The notes under the pieces are model-generated. The model searched no databases and was not told the DNA's origin. It saw nothing but the letters and a program-made list of their open reading frames with translations. From a bacterium (GTDB lineage Bacteria > CLD3 > SB21): a stretch of 58,913 nucleotides of DNA. Shown here in pieces: positions 1 to 11,178 of the stretch. The translations under genes and the position numbers were made by a program. The first letter of the stretch is position 1; each line of letters starts with the position of its first letter. Location: positions 1-58,913 of the forward strand of contig JABWCP010000019.1 in NCBI GenBank assembly GCA_013360215.1. Direction: 5' to 3'.

Positions 1-2210
<2,210 letters not shown>

Positions 2211-2254
2211 TTTATTTATAAGTTCCTGTTATTCGTATTTTCTATTTCTGACTA

Positions 2255-2725
2255 TTACCAGCGGAAGTGCGCAAACGCTTTGTTTGCTTCGGCCATCTTA
2301 TGCACATCTTCACGTTTTTTGACGGCAGCGCCTTCGTTATTGGACGCGGCTAAAATTTCATCCGCCAATTTAGAAGCCATGCTTTTGCCGGCACGTTCAC
2401 GGGAATAGCCGATCAACCAACGCAAAGCCAATGTTTGACGACGTTCGGCACGCACTTCGACGGGCACTTGATAGTTGGCGCCACCGACGCGTCGGGAGCG
2501 TACTTCTAAAAGCGGAGCGACGTTTTTGATCGCTTTTTCCAAGATTTCCAAACCGTTTTTACCGGTCTTCTTTTCGACGGTTTCCATCGCATCATACAGG
2601 ATGGATTCGGCAACACCGCGTTTACCTTGCCACATGATCACATTGATCATCTTCGTGACTAAGACGCTGTTGAATTTGGGATCCGCCGGAATGCGGCGCT
2701 TGGGACTTCTTTTTCTTCTCGACAT
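2255..2725 (-). CDS. rpsG: 30S ribosomal protein S7
   Basis: [12 protein letters not shown] and [13 protein letters not shown] motifs. Confidence 0.99.
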   Translation of the reverse strand: MSRRKRSPKRRIPADPKFNSVLVTKMINVIMWQGKRGVAESILYDAMETVEKKTGKNGLEILEKAIKNVAPLLEVRSRRVGGANYQVPVEVRAERRQTLALRWLIGYSRERAGKSMASKLADEILAASNNEGAAVKKREDVHKMAEANKAFAHFRW

Positions 2726-2757
2726 ATTTCCTCTATATCAAACTTTTATATCTAAGA

Positions 2758-3147
2758 TTACTTCTTAGCGGCGCCTTCTTTACCTTTTTTGGTGCCGTAT
2801 TTGGAACGACCTTGTTTACGATCTTGAACACCTTGCGTATCCAAAACACCACGAACGATGTGATAGCGCACACCCGGGAGATCTTTCACACGACCACCAC
2901 GGATAAGCACAATCGAGTGCTCCTGGAGATTATGGCCTTCGCCGGGAATATAGGCGATCACTTCGATACCATTGGAGAGACGCACCTTGGCTACCTTACG
3001 GAGGGCCGAATTAGGCTTCTTGGGGGTTGTCGTATACACGCGCGTACAGACGCCGCGACGCTGGGGGCATTCCTGCAAAGCGGGTGACTTCGTTTTCCAA
3101 GTCTTGGATTGTCTGCCTTTGCGAATAAGCTGTTGGATCGTTGGCAT
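2758..3147 (-). CDS. rpsL: 30S ribosomal protein S12
   Basis: [18 protein letters not shown] and [10 protein letters not shown] motifs. Confidence 0.99.
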   Translation of the reverse strand: MPTIQQLIRKGRQSKTWKTKSPALQECPQRRGVCTRVYTTTPKKPNSALRKVAKVRLSNGIEVIAYIPGEGHNLQEHSIVLIRGGRVKDLPGVRYHIVRGVLDTQGVQDRKQGRSKYGTKKGKEGAAKK

Positions 3148-3310
3148 TAATGCACTTCCTGCTAAACTGTTATTTAGTAGTTATACTGTAACAAACTCTG
3201 TTTTTACTCTTATTTGACAGAAAACCTGGGGGTTTTTTATCATTGCCTGCGCATCCGAACTCCGCTTCCGCGGAAACCTGAGGCAGGTTGAGTATCTAAA
3301 AAGGCTTGCA

Positions 3311-3339
3311 AATATATACGAAAGAGGGTCGCATGTCAA
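3311..3339 (-). promoter_or_regulatory. Sigma70-type promoter of the str operon
   Basis: TTGACA (3339-3334), 17-bp spacer, TATATT (3316-3311) on minus strand. Confidence 0.8.
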
Positions 3340-3747
3340 GAGAAAATATGAAAATTTTTAAAATAATTTTCGTTGTGAAATAAAGACTTAGCGTATAGTT
3401 AGGTTTCTCTGTTTAAAAATGAATCATGACGTGATGTCGTATACTTGATTTGATCTTTGTAGACACGCCGCCCATGTTGCCGTATCCATATCCCTGTTAA
3501 ACCTCATTACTTATTAATTTCGACTCGCTGACATCAAAGCAAAAACATAAATTTAAGTCATGACTTTAAATCAATTCGGCGGTTGAAGGTAACTATGGTA
3601 GGCGTTTATCATATAATGTAATGAGCCGGCAATTATATATTATATATATTGGGATGGATGATGTTTCATGCGCTTGAGTAAAAATTTTTCTATCTCTACC
3701 AAGGCCGTCGATAATGCTCTGAGATTAACAAGAATAAACAAACTTCT

Positions 3748-5172
3748 TCAATGTTCGGCGATCTTATTGATCATACCTCTAAAAATCAGCCCATGAAACG
3801 GAAAAACAGTATACCAATATATGCGCCCCAATACACCTAAAGGTCTGAAGGTTGCTGTTTGGGTAAGAATGTTATTTTTATCAATGCTAAACTCAAGCCA
3901 GGCTTCTCCCGGCAATTTCATTTCTGCATATAGTAACAGCCTTCTGTCATCTTTGTCTGACAAAAGAACACGCCAAAAATCAAGAGCATCGCCGGCATAT
4001 ATTTCTGTATCACTTTTTCGCCCTCTCCTCATACCTACACCGCCAAAAAGTTGATCTAAAAAACCACGGATCTCCCAAAGCCAGTTACAATAATACCAAC
4101 CCGTTTTACCTCCGATAGCCCAGATTTTATTAAGTGCTGCATCGGGTTTTGCTAAAGCAATAGAACGAATATCTTTATAACATCCTTCAACAGGTACCTC
4201 AATCAATTTAGTCAACCCCGGGCTTAGAAGACTGGTGGTTTGTGCGTCTTTCCAACTTGAAAGCACCTGATTTTGTTCTATTTTTTCAAAGGCTAATCGT
4301 ATGGATGTGTCATAATCAATAAGCTTAATCCCAAGCACTTCGGCCAAATTATTAGGCTTGCAGGTCACCTCAATTTTCATACTGTTCACTAAATTTTTTG
4401 CTAATGCATAAGATGTAGCCGTAACAAAGTATAACCAATAAGAAGAAACCCGTGGAGTCATTACCGGAACGATCACAATATGTCGTTTTAAGCCGCGTAT
4501 TTTTGCATAACGCAACAACATATCCTTGTAACTTAAAATATCCGTGCCGCCGATATCATAACTCTTATTATATGTTTCTGATTTGCCTATTACTCCGATT
4601 AAAAATTCTATCACATTACGAATAGCAATAGGCTGGCATTTGGTTTTTAACCATCTCGGAGTAATCATAATCGGAAGTTTCTCCACCAAATCACGAATAA
4701 TTTCAAATGAAGCGCTTCCTGAGCCAACTATGATTCCCGACTTAAGCGTGGTGAGCGCAAAACTTGATCCGGATAAAATCATTTCCACGTTTTTTCGTGA
4801 GGTGAGGTGTTTTGATAACTGTTCTGCGTTGCTGATCCCGCTAAGATATATGACTTGTTTAACATTTGCTGAAATCATGCAATGTCTAAAATTCAATGCA
4901 CAGAGTTGCTCCATTTTTTCAAAATCACCGCTTTGTGTTGACATGGAATGAATGAGATAAAAAGCAACATCTATATTTCTTGGTATTACGTGCAAACTTT
5001 CTGCATTTAAAAAATCCGCCTCAACGACTGAGATATTCGGGTTCGAATAATTTTTTTCATTAAATCGATTTTTGTCCCTTACGCAACATATGACTTCATG
5101 CCCGTTTGCCAATAAAACGGGCAACAGTCGTTTCGCAATGTATCCGGTTACACCGGTTAACAAAATTTTCAT
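3748..5172 (-). CDS. NAD(P)-binding SDR-like protein with C-terminal DUF2867 domain (YbjT-like)
   Basis: N-terminal TGVTGYIA Rossmann motif; C-terminal GDALDFWRV...LLLYAEMKLPGEAWLEF...FRPLGVLGRIYWY. Confidence 0.85.
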   Translation of the reverse strand: MKILLTGVTGYIAKRLLPVLLANGHEVICCVRDKNRFNEKNYSNPNISVVEADFLNAESLHVIPRNIDVAFYLIHSMSTQSGDFEKMEQLCALNFRHCMISANVKQVIYLSGISNAEQLSKHLTSRKNVEMILSGSSFALTTLKSGIIVGSGSASFEIIRDLVEKLPIMITPRWLKTKCQPIAIRNVIEFLIGVIGKSETYNKSYDIGGTDILSYKDMLLRYAKIRGLKRHIVIVPVMTPRVSSYWLYFVTATSYALAKNLVNSMKIEVTCKPNNLAEVLGIKLIDYDTSIRLAFEKIEQNQVLSSWKDAQTTSLLSPGLTKLIEVPVEGCYKDIRSIALAKPDAALNKIWAIGGKTGWYYCNWLWEIRGFLDQLFGGVGMRRGRKSDTEIYAGDALDFWRVLLSDKDDRRLLLYAEMKLPGEAWLEFSIDKNNILTQTATFRPLGVLGRIYWYTVFPFHGLIFRGMINKIAEH

Positions 5173-5386
5173 GTTATGAATTTGAAAAAAATTTGAACAA
5201 AAATGAATTCATACTCAAAAAGGACTTATTCATCAAAGTTTTTTCCGACGACTAACAAACGCCTGGTATATGAACTTTTAAGAGAAGCTCGGATTCTATT
5301 GTTTGAAAGCAACTGCGTTGTATACATATCTAATTTTGTACAACATCACCATATGCCGGTTGGTGTTTTTTTGCAGATGCGCTCTA

Positions 5387-5827
5387 TTACTTTAACGCAT
5401 ATGTGAAATGTATCGCATCCATTTCGTAACTGAAAGCCGTTTTTTTATAAAAATTAACCGCATCGGTATCATCACCTTCGGCTTCGACGTATGCGTTTTC
5501 AAATCCGTTCACTTGACAATAACGGCACACCTTCGTGATCAAAGCTTTCCCTAAACCTTTTCTTTGGAACTCCGGCGAAATGCCTACGTCATAGATATAC
5601 GCTTCCGGTTTCACACTGTAGTATCGGTGCAAAACATAGATCGTCAGGCCGCCTACCACATTGCCACCGCTCAGGACGACAAACACCATAAAATCCGGAT
5701 TGGAAAGCACCCGCCGTAAATGATCCACTGGAGGAATATCCTCATCATTTTCAAAAACATCTTTGAAGATTTCAATTAATCTTTTGAAGTCCGACACTTC
5801 ATCGGCAGTGAGTTTTTTTATCTCCAT
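5387..5827 (-). CDS. GNAT N-acetyltransferase (AAC(3)-I-like)
   Basis: YIYDVGISPEFQRKGLGKALI acetyl-CoA binding motif; AVNFY motif. Confidence 0.85.
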   Translation of the reverse strand: MEIKKLTADEVSDFKRLIEIFKDVFENDEDIPPVDHLRRVLSNPDFMVFVVLSGGNVVGGLTIYVLHRYYSVKPEAYIYDVGISPEFQRKGLGKALITKVCRYCQVNGFENAYVEAEGDDTDAVNFYKKTAFSYEMDAIHFTYALK

Positions 5828-5860
5828 GACCTTATGGTGTTTTCTCGTTTATTAGTAAGA

Positions 5861-6529
5861 TTACGAATCAAATTTCGAGGCATCCCATGCAACGCCGGGA
5901 GGGAATAATTCCGATTTTCTTTTGATCATTTCTTGAGCGATAAGCGCACTATTGCCGCCTTGCGCTTCAAGTTTGGAAATGATATTCATATAGCTTTTTT
6001 CATCCCGATTTTGGCTCAGCTTAAACACGTTATCTAACGTATCCGCTTTGATCTCAAATCCGGCAATAGCCGGCATCATTTTATTCAAGAAGGATTCGGG
6101 CAGATTATCATAAATAGTCTGTGACTGCGTGTTGCCTTTTTCAAATTTCAGCGTAAACTTTCGCATAAACCGGATCAACTCCTCCGACGACATGAACTTC
6201 ATCTTCCCACTGATATACACGCTCATATAATTCCAGGTCGAACCGATTTGAGGATTACTATACCACGAGGCACTCACGTACGTACTGGGTCCTGTAAAAA
6301 CAACCAGAGCATTCGGATTTTCGACCAAAGCCTTGTGGTGGTCCGTATTTCGCATGATGTGCCCTTGCAAATACAACTCTCCGTCGCGCTCTTCGAACAA
6401 AATCGGAATCTGCGTTCCCACTTGGACCCCGGACAAAAAACTACCTGTCAAAAAGGCAAACGGATTACCTTCCATAAACTCCCGTATTACTTGCCGTTCT
6501 TTTTCTTTGAAATACGAAAAGTTATACAT
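5861..6529 (-). CDS. FMN-binding split-barrel protein, PaiB family
   Basis: FTGPSTYVSASWY, TWNY and FKLSQNR motifs typical of PaiB. Confidence 0.85.
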   Translation of the reverse strand: MYNFSYFKEKERQVIREFMEGNPFAFLTGSFLSGVQVGTQIPILFEERDGELYLQGHIMRNTDHHKALVENPNALVVFTGPSTYVSASWYSNPQIGSTWNYMSVYISGKMKFMSSEELIRFMRKFTLKFEKGNTQSQTIYDNLPESFLNKMMPAIAGFEIKADTLDNVFKLSQNRDEKSYMNIISKLEAQGGNSALIAQEMIKRKSELFPPGVAWDASKFDS

Positions 6530-6693
6530 ACGAATCTCCTTCGGTTATATGTTTAGAATACCTGTTTTGTCCTATCGCATGGGATGCACCTTGAGCGGTA
6601 TCATAAAAATTTTATGCCCGTATGTCTGAAACGACATAACCCTGTCCGCTCAAAATGACAATATTAAACTACAACCTTTTTGATCTAAAAAAG

Positions 6694-6707
6694 TTGTCTT
6701 AGGACAA
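6694..6707. promoter_or_regulatory. Crp/Fnr-type operator TTGTC-N4-GACAA
   Basis: Perfect 5-4-5 palindrome overlapping the stop codon of the Crp/Fnr gene, upstream of the PaiB gene. Confidence 0.6.
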
Positions 6708-7283
6708 TTTATGTTTTCGGGTGATTTGCCGTCGTATACGGCTTAGCGAGGTGGGGGTAACACCGATGAAGGAAGCGAGGTATTTTTGCGGGATCGTTCC
6801 TAAAAAGTCCGGTTTGCCAAGCAGGTCCAGATATCTTTTTTCGGCCGAATCGGTCTGAAGCGCCGTAAATCGTTTGATCAGGTTAAGAATGACATCTTCC
6901 CAAAAGTTACGCATCATCTGTTGCATGTTCGGATGACGCACGTAGAGTTTTTTGAGTTCGGTCTTGGAAAGGTAGAGTACTTCACTCTCTTCGATGGCTT
7001 GCAGGTAATAATCGGACGGATTTTCACTGATAAAACTGTATATCTCGATCGCGGAGGATTGCGCAAAAGAAAACCAGACGGATACGTCTACGTCGTCTTT
7101 TCGATAAAATAAACGCAAACAGCCTTTTTGAACAAACACGATATTTCTGCACACTTCACCTTGCCGCAGCATATAACTATTCTTTCGAAGCCTCTGGCTT
7201 TTGAACTTTCCGGCAATGTTTTCCAATTCCGCTTCCGAGAAGTCCGCATACCGGCTGAGAAATTTTTTTAGATCGGTGGTCAT
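6699..7283 (-). CDS. Crp/Fnr family transcriptional regulator
   Basis: cNMP-binding-like N-terminus; C-terminal HTH IPQKYLASFIGVTPTSLSRIR. Confidence 0.92.
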   Translation of the reverse strand: MTTDLKKFLSRYADFSEAELENIAGKFKSQRLRKNSYMLRQGEVCRNIVFVQKGCLRLFYRKDDVDVSVWFSFAQSSAIEIYSFISENPSDYYLQAIEESEVLYLSKTELKKLYVRHPNMQQMMRNFWEDVILNLIKRFTALQTDSAEKRYLDLLGKPDFLGTIPQKYLASFIGVTPTSLSRIRRQITRKHKLS

Positions 7284-7395
7284 GTGAAGATTAGAGTTCT
7301 TTGTTTGTTTAAGCAGAAGATTAGCTTAGGATGTCAATAACGTCAATCTGATATAGAAATTATGGGATGTGGCTAGGCTAGGAATCGAATGCTGC

Positions 7396-8079
7396 TCATG
7401 ATCTAGAATTAACTGATTCATAACCATTTTTGATAATTGGCGTTTGATTGTTTGAGTTTTTTAAAGTTTCAAAGTCATTTTGAATTTGCCTTAATATATC
7501 CCGTATGTTAGCAGTCTGAATTTTCGTCGGTTTTCCGAATGTCAATGACGAACTAAACGGTACGATGAGATTATCACCTTTAGGCATTGCTTTTCCCAAA
7601 CCCGTCATGAATACAGGCACGTATGTTATGTCGGGTCGTTGTGAAAGAACAAATCCGATACCCGGCTTTAAGGGCTGTTCCTTTTCCGGTTCACCTCTTG
7701 TCCCCTCGGGGAAAATTATCAATGAATACCCCCTTTCTAAGGTTCTTATCATCTTAATGATTGGGTCATTATCCGGATTCTCTAAGTCTCGTTTCCTTTG
7801 TATGAGAAGTGAATTGATAAAAAAGTTACTCAATTTTTCTTGGAATTTCGTTTTACCGAAATGATCCTGAGCCGCCACCGGTTTAATTTTGTGAATTATT
7901 TTTCTTGGAACCGAGGCCAATATACTCATGGTATCCAAATGGCTGTTATGATTAGCAACGATGATAAATTGCTCTTCGCTAAGCAAAAACTTTGAATCAT
8001 CAAGTTTTACGCCAACGATTAATTTCAAAAACCAACGAATCAAAAAGCTGTAAATAAGCTGGAGTACGATTTTTTGCAT
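7396..8079 (-). CDS. Lysophospholipid acyltransferase (PlsC family)
   Basis: ANHNSHLD (NHxxxxD) and FPEGTR motifs. Confidence 0.92.
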   Translation of the reverse strand: MQKIVLQLIYSFLIRWFLKLIVGVKLDDSKFLLSEEQFIIVANHNSHLDTMSILASVPRKIIHKIKPVAAQDHFGKTKFQEKLSNFFINSLLIQRKRDLENPDNDPIIKMIRTLERGYSLIIFPEGTRGEPEKEQPLKPGIGFVLSQRPDITYVPVFMTGLGKAMPKGDNLIVPFSSSLTFGKPTKIQTANIRDILRQIQNDFETLKNSNNQTPIIKNGYESVNSRS

Positions 8080-9033
8080 TTAGTATGCGATATAATAAAC
8101 GAGATGAAAAAATGTTGGAGCCGTATAGGCTAATGAGTCAATACGATCTAATACGCCGCCATGACCAGGAATTGCCGAACCCGTATCCTTTACACCCACG
8201 TCGCGCTTAATTGACGACATTACGATGTCTCCAATGAAACCTGAAAGCGCAATCATAAAACTAACTAACAAAACCTGATAGTTGTTTAATGGAGTCAAAA
8301 ATGCGAGTAAATATCCTATACTTGTCGTACAAATGAGCCCGCCAACTAAACCTTCCCACGTTTTATTAGGACTGACTTTGGGAATGATTTTGTATTTGCC
8401 TAACAGCTTACCCCACGTAAACTGCATAACATCATTTATTTCGGTCAGAAAAACCAGAAACAATAATAACCCTCTGCCGCCAGAGTTAAAACCTTCTATT
8501 TCTGGAAGTGAAAGCAAATAAGCCATGTGACTAAGTCCGAATACTGTAAGCATCAGTATCCATTGAAGCACCGACATCGATTTGGTAATTCCGGCGGTAT
8601 CACCTTTAAGAACGAGACGAAGCGGGAGCAAAAGAAACATGACTACAGGAATGAAAATAATGAATGCTCCATACCAACCGATATACGCTAAGTAGTATTG
8701 AATCGGAATAGACACGAATGCCCAAAAAATCGCCCTTCGGTCAGACTGACGAAATCCAACCAAAGAGTATAGTTCCCTAAATGCCACAAATGACAAGAAA
8801 GCAATTGCTACGTATGAAATGTTAGTGTTAAAAATGGTAGCTCCAATGAATACAGAGGCCATGATCCACCACGATTTCGTCCTGGTTTTCAACTCTTGTA
8901 GGTTGGCATTTGGATTTATTTTTCCGATTAAAAAAAACAAAAGTGAAGCAAAAGTTAAAATGCCAAAAATAAGCGCAACAACGATGAGTAATTCGTTGTT
9001 GTCTATGAATTGTAAGTGAAATACTTCTTTCAT
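8080..9033 (-). CDS. Phosphatidate cytidylyltransferase (YnbB/CdsA family)
   Basis: SPNKTWEG and KRDVGVKDTGSAIPGHGGVLDRIDSL signatures; multiple TM helices. Confidence 0.92.
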   Translation of the reverse strand: MKEVFHLQFIDNNELLIVVALIFGILTFASLLFFLIGKINPNANLQELKTRTKSWWIMASVFIGATIFNTNISYVAIAFLSFVAFRELYSLVGFRQSDRRAIFWAFVSIPIQYYLAYIGWYGAFIIFIPVVMFLLLPLRLVLKGDTAGITKSMSVLQWILMLTVFGLSHMAYLLSLPEIEGFNSGGRGLLLFLVFLTEINDVMQFTWGKLLGKYKIIPKVSPNKTWEGLVGGLICTTSIGYLLAFLTPLNNYQVLLVSFMIALSGFIGDIVMSSIKRDVGVKDTGSAIPGHGGVLDRIDSLAYTAPTFFHLVYYIAY

Positions 9034-9632
9034 GTTGCTTTCAGCGCTTTGTTAATTCTGATGGCTGTACTTATTACAAGCAATATAATGATTACTGAAA
9101 AAAACCAATTCGAATACAGTTTAAAGTCTATGCTTAGAAATGAAAATACGCCGTATATTCCCATTACAAAGGCCCTGTCACTTTTACCCATAGGGCCATC
9201 ATATCTCCGCTCCCCAGACAACGCTTTTCCAATAAGTCCTGCAAATTCATTAATGATACTAAGGCTCATAAATAGGACAACTAAATAAATGATCTGTTTT
9301 TCAAAAACCAATAATGGAAAATAAATAAACACATCTGAAATCACGTCGCCAAGCTCGTTTAATACTTCCCCTTCTTTTGTTTGCTGGTTATAAGTTCTAG
9401 CCATCATGCCGTCAAGGGCATTAAGAGCCATCCTAACCAAAAGCCCAAAAGGTAATGCAAGAAACAAAAACCGATAAGCATCAGCAAACCAAAAAGCAAT
9501 TCCAATCAGCAACGAAAGGAAAATGGATGACCAAGTTATTTGGTTGGCTGTTACTCCGATTTTGTGAAGACCGACCAGAATCGGTGATAGGAGTTTCTGA
9601 AAACCGGGTTTTATTTTATATATTGAGATCAT
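9030..9632 (-). CDS. CDP-alcohol phosphatidyltransferase (YnbA-like)
   Basis: ALDGMMAR...GEVLNELGDVISD motif; GPMGKSDRAF; 4-bp overlap with next gene. Confidence 0.9.
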   Translation of the reverse strand: MISIYKIKPGFQKLLSPILVGLHKIGVTANQITWSSIFLSLLIGIAFWFADAYRFLFLALPFGLLVRMALNALDGMMARTYNQQTKEGEVLNELGDVISDVFIYFPLLVFEKQIIYLVVLFMSLSIINEFAGLIGKALSGERRYDGPMGKSDRAFVMGIYGVFSFLSIDFKLYSNWFFSVIIILLVISTAIRINKALKAT

Positions 9633-9756
9633 TTTTTCTCTTTATGGTCAAAAATTTTTACATATATATATATTTATATGTATTTTTAACTGTAGTAAAA
9701 ACTTATCACTTCATAAGATCATGATCGGCGTGAGAGAATATACCGTTGTGACAGAA

Positions 9757-9785
9757 AACGTACATAATCTGTTTCAGGATGTCAA
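9757..9785 (-). promoter_or_regulatory. Candidate sigma70 promoter of the lipid trio
   Basis: TTGACA, 17 bp, TACGTT on minus strand. Confidence 0.45.
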
Positions 9786-9876
9786 CCGGAGGTTTGATGT
9801 TTTTTCGACGCGCTGTGTGAGTGAGATATAAGATAGAAATTAAATACGGTGTGTTTTGACTAGAGACCATCAGTAA

Positions 9877-10050
9877 TTAAGATTCATACGATACTTCGCA
9901 CACGAAACGGTTTCTTTTGAGATTTTGAAGGTATTCGAATACTTCTTTGCGACGCAGATCGGCATGGCGCTCCCGCAGCTTGGCCAGTACGGGACATTCG
10001 CGGCAAGCCTTCCCTTTTTTCTTATAGTTTTTGCAGCAATCGGGTTTCAT
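9877..10050 (-). CDS. 57-aa Cys-rich protein with CC-x9-CxxC motif (not in ORF track)
   Basis: Manual translation MKPDCCKNYKKKGKACRECPVLAKLRERHADLRRKEVFEYLQNLKRNRFVCEVSYES; starts 10 bp after upstream stop with a GAGGGA RBS. Confidence 0.75.
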   Translation of the reverse strand: MKPDCCKNYKKKGKACRECPVLAKLRERHADLRRKEVFEYLQNLKRNRFVCEVSYES

Positions 10051-10060
10051 CGTTGATCCC

Positions 10061-10393
10061 TCAGTTATAATACGTCGTGCGTTGGCTTGTCAAACTCAGT
10101 ACCGTATCCGCTTTTTCCAATAAATCCGTCAGTTTAGAAAGCTCCGAACTCGTGAGCGCCAAATGCCATGCCCTGGAAGAAGTTTCGATGAAAATATTTT
10201 TCTCGCGCGGATTGGGTTCCGATTTCAGAGCCCTCCGCTCACGAATAATACGTTCTCTGAAATCGGAAAATTCCCGCCGTGTAAAATTAGCCAGCGCCGT
10301 ACCAAAACCGACCTGTATGCGTTCGCACGTTTCGCAGACGGAGACGTAGCCCAACTCGTTTTGTTGGACGATGCGGTGATGACAATCAGCCAT
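10061..10393 (-). CDS. Small CxxC protein, DUF6686-like
   Basis: GYVSVCETCERIQVGFG...NFTRREF pattern recalled from DUF6686 proteins; operon context. Confidence 0.7.
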   Translation of the reverse strand: MADCHHRIVQQNELGYVSVCETCERIQVGFGTALANFTRREFSDFRERIIRERRALKSEPNPREKNIFIETSSRAWHLALTSSELSKLTDLLEKADTVLSLTSQRTTYYN

Positions 10394-10419
10394 TCGGTAA
10401 ATCCGTCATTTTAGTGATA

Positions 10420-10542
10420 CTAGTTGCACACCCATACCGTGACCATGGGCACAATGAGCCACAATACGCCTTTGATTAAAAAAAACAAAAAACCGATGAT
10501 ACCGAGTTTTTTGGCCCACGGCCAGCGATTCGTAAAATTCAT
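10420..10542 (-). CDS. 40-aa membrane peptide (not in ORF track)
   Basis: Manual translation MNFTNRWPWAKKLGIIGFLFFLIKGVLWLIVPMVTVWVCN; ATGA overlap with upstream stop indicates translational coupling. Confidence 0.75.
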   Translation of the reverse strand: MNFTNRWPWAKKLGIIGFLFFLIKGVLWLIVPMVTVWVCN

Positions 10543-10871
10543 CGCGCGATCACCGCGTAGGTTTTAAATTTGGACTCCATAGGTGCGGCTTCTCCGCGCG
10601 CTTTGGCAGCACGTACATCGGCAAATCCGCGCTTGTGGCCTTCGATGAATTCCGGCGATTGGGTCCAGGTATCAAACGCTTCCTTGCTATCCCAATGACT
10701 CACAATCAGATACGGCTCGCCCGGTTGATCGGGTTTGAGAACCTGCATATCTACAAATCCCGGCATGCGGTCAATGGCATGCGCGCGTGAACTGAAAAGT
10801 TCTTCAAACCGTTCGCGATAAGTATCGTTGCAGGTGATATAATTGATCGCCACAAAACGATGCGTACTCAT
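10539..10871 (-). CDS. ABM-fold haem-degrading monooxygenase, IsdG/MhuD-like
   Basis: MPGF and WDSKEAFDTW motifs; N10/W69/H79 match the IsdG Asn-Trp-His triad. Confidence 0.8.
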   Translation of the reverse strand: MSTHRFVAINYITCNDTYRERFEELFSSRAHAIDRMPGFVDMQVLKPDQPGEPYLIVSHWDSKEAFDTWTQSPEFIEGHKRGFADVRAAKARGEAAPMESKFKTYAVIAR

Positions 10872-11170
10872 TATTTTTTCTCCGGTTTTTTATAGCTGGT
10901 AAGATATTTTAAAATCCGTTCTTTTTGATGATCGGAAATTTTAGCACGCGTCTGCATTTGATCCAGATGCGCTTCCCATGCTTCATCGGAAAAATCCGAT
11001 GGTACAAAAAGGCTGTGGCAACTGCCGCAATGCTGCACATACATCGCGCGCCCTTCGTTCAAAACCGTAAGTTCGGCGGGATCACTCGTTGTAGCGGCGC
11101 TCGGTACATAGAGCGCCGGTGCACAACTAGGCATAAGCAGCAGCGAAAGACAAAAAAAGTATTTTTTCAT
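10871..11170 (-). CDS. Monohaem cytochrome c, probable lipoprotein
   Basis: CGSCH haem-binding motif; candidate distal Met in WEAHLDQM; signal peptide ending LLMPS-C. Confidence 0.85.
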   Translation of the reverse strand: MKKYFFCLSLLLMPSCAPALYVPSAATTSDPAELTVLNEGRAMYVQHCGSCHSLFVPSDFSDEAWEAHLDQMQTRAKISDHQKERILKYLTSYKKPEKK

Positions 11171-11178
11171 GGCTGTGC

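Noticed and set aside
2758-3147. Streptomycin-resistance alleles in rpsL
   Set aside because: The PKKPNS and RVKDLP lysines are wild type
6591-6653. Hammerhead ribozyme or purine riboswitch
   Set aside because: Lacks the CUGANGA/GAAA core and the purine-riboswitch junction and loop consensus
3748-9632. Integron cassette array
   Set aside because: Genes are co-oriented but I found no repeated attC-like sites and no integrase
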